A stretch of 63,808 bases of DNA, filler included, from Octopus bimaculoides (lineage: Eukaryota): the NCBI RefSeq assembly GCF_001194135.2. It is 5 parts of 5 records of this genome, joined end to end, with 100 filler letters (N's around TTAATTAATTAA, not from the genome) between each part and the next. Parts side by side here need not be neighbours in the genome. Positions count along the whole stretch, not along the records: positions 58,864 to 63,808 come from NC_068999.1; 4 more parts are not named here. The stretch is one strand, 5' to 3'. Below, piece after piece: positions 62,975 through 63,808 of the stretch (position 1 is the stretch's first letter; each line of letters begins with the position of its first letter). Made by a program: the position numbers and the translations under genes. The notes below the pieces were generated by a model. The model was given only the letters and a program-made list of their open reading frames with translations, did no database searches and had not been told where the DNA came from.

Positions 62975-63300
62975 CCTTTTTTCTTAAAGAAACACTAAAA
63001 TCTCCTTCCCAAACATCTATCCATCACCTCACCACTTTCAAAAAGTTACAAACTCTCAATGTTTCACTTTTAGTTTTTTGGAAAGCGGGGAATTTCTTGA
63101 GAAATAATGTCGTTTACCTGTTGTTTCTAACATGTCAGGTTTTCTGGTGGTGGTCTAGTATTTTTTACATCTGCTATTTCAGTACAATGCATGAAACATT
63201 AGACGAAAGTGAAACATTGGGCGGTTTTAGCTTTTGAAAGCAGGTAGGTGATGAGTGGGTGAGGTGGGGGAAGGGGCATTGATTGTTTCTTTAAGAAAAA
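62975..63300. mobile_element. Foldback/MITE-like element with long imperfect inverted arms
   Basis: 62975-63055 (TTTTCTTAAAGAAACA...CCTTCCC...CATCACCT...CTTTCAAAA) is inversely complementary to 63225-63300. Inner pair TGTTTCACTTT (about 63060) with AAAGTGAAACA (about 63207). Confidence 0.5.
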
Positions 63301-63698
63301 TTAAACTTCAAAAAAAATATATTTCCCAGATTTGTAACCTTTGTATTTTTCTATGTGGATAAAAAAAAAAATTCGAAACAAGTTACAAGAAATTGCAGTG
63401 GAGACGGGGAAATTAAAATTTTGAAATCGTGATTTCTGGGCAAAATTGTATTTACCCCCTTTTATATGATGAAACAGTACATAGTTTGTGATCCCTCTTA
63501 AGAACAGAAAGTACTTTCATGCAAACCCATGCAAATTGTACCCTCTCCCCTTCACTTTTAGACAAGCAATAGCTTCCATTATGCCAGTAATCCAGTTCAT
63601 TATATATCAGTTGTGCCGATTCTGCCCATAAGAAAGGAACAAGTAATACAATGTGGCTGTAGGTCATAACATCTGGGCAATGCTGGGATGCATTGATA

Positions 63699-63742
<44 letters not shown>

Positions 63743-63808
63743 TAACGGTTAGTTTTCAAATGAATCAAGTCATAACCTTATCCATCTATTGTTTTCATAA
63801 TCGGTCAT

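Overview
Repeat-dense, AT-rich animal genomic DNA with many N gaps. It is most likely an octopus or other coleoid cephalopod; this is inferred from the SINE/LINE repertoire and the extreme microsatellite load. The only host gene I can support is the 3' part of a probable Runx-family transcription factor: two + strand exons at 2597-2761 and 3875-4452, with the C-terminus lost in a gap and no Runt domain in the window. The rest is mobile-element debris: tRNA-derived SINEs, an RTE tail, many R4/Dong-like LINE fragments next to (TAA)n, a Tx1/L1-clade 3' end, Penelope-like (PLE) GIY-YIG and RT relics, and hAT, maT/Tc1 and mariner fossils. The most interesting signal is a set of type I hammerhead-ribozyme (HHR) folds in short elements anchored in microsatellites, several with an unusually long stem II: 7892-7984 (-), 41206-41310 (+), 41422-41518 (-), 29442-29488 (-), and a weaker one at 42521-42570 (+). 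Other notable points are a stack of four same-orientation R4/Dong-like 3' ends, a SINE with a 102-bp target-site duplication, a 36-bp minisatellite copied from a nearby Tx1 3' UTR, five tandem tRNA-like Pol III heads, and an abrupt drop in CpG content at an artificial scaffold join (N44-TTAATTAATTAA-N44). All family calls rest on recalled motifs; no database searches or folding programs were run.
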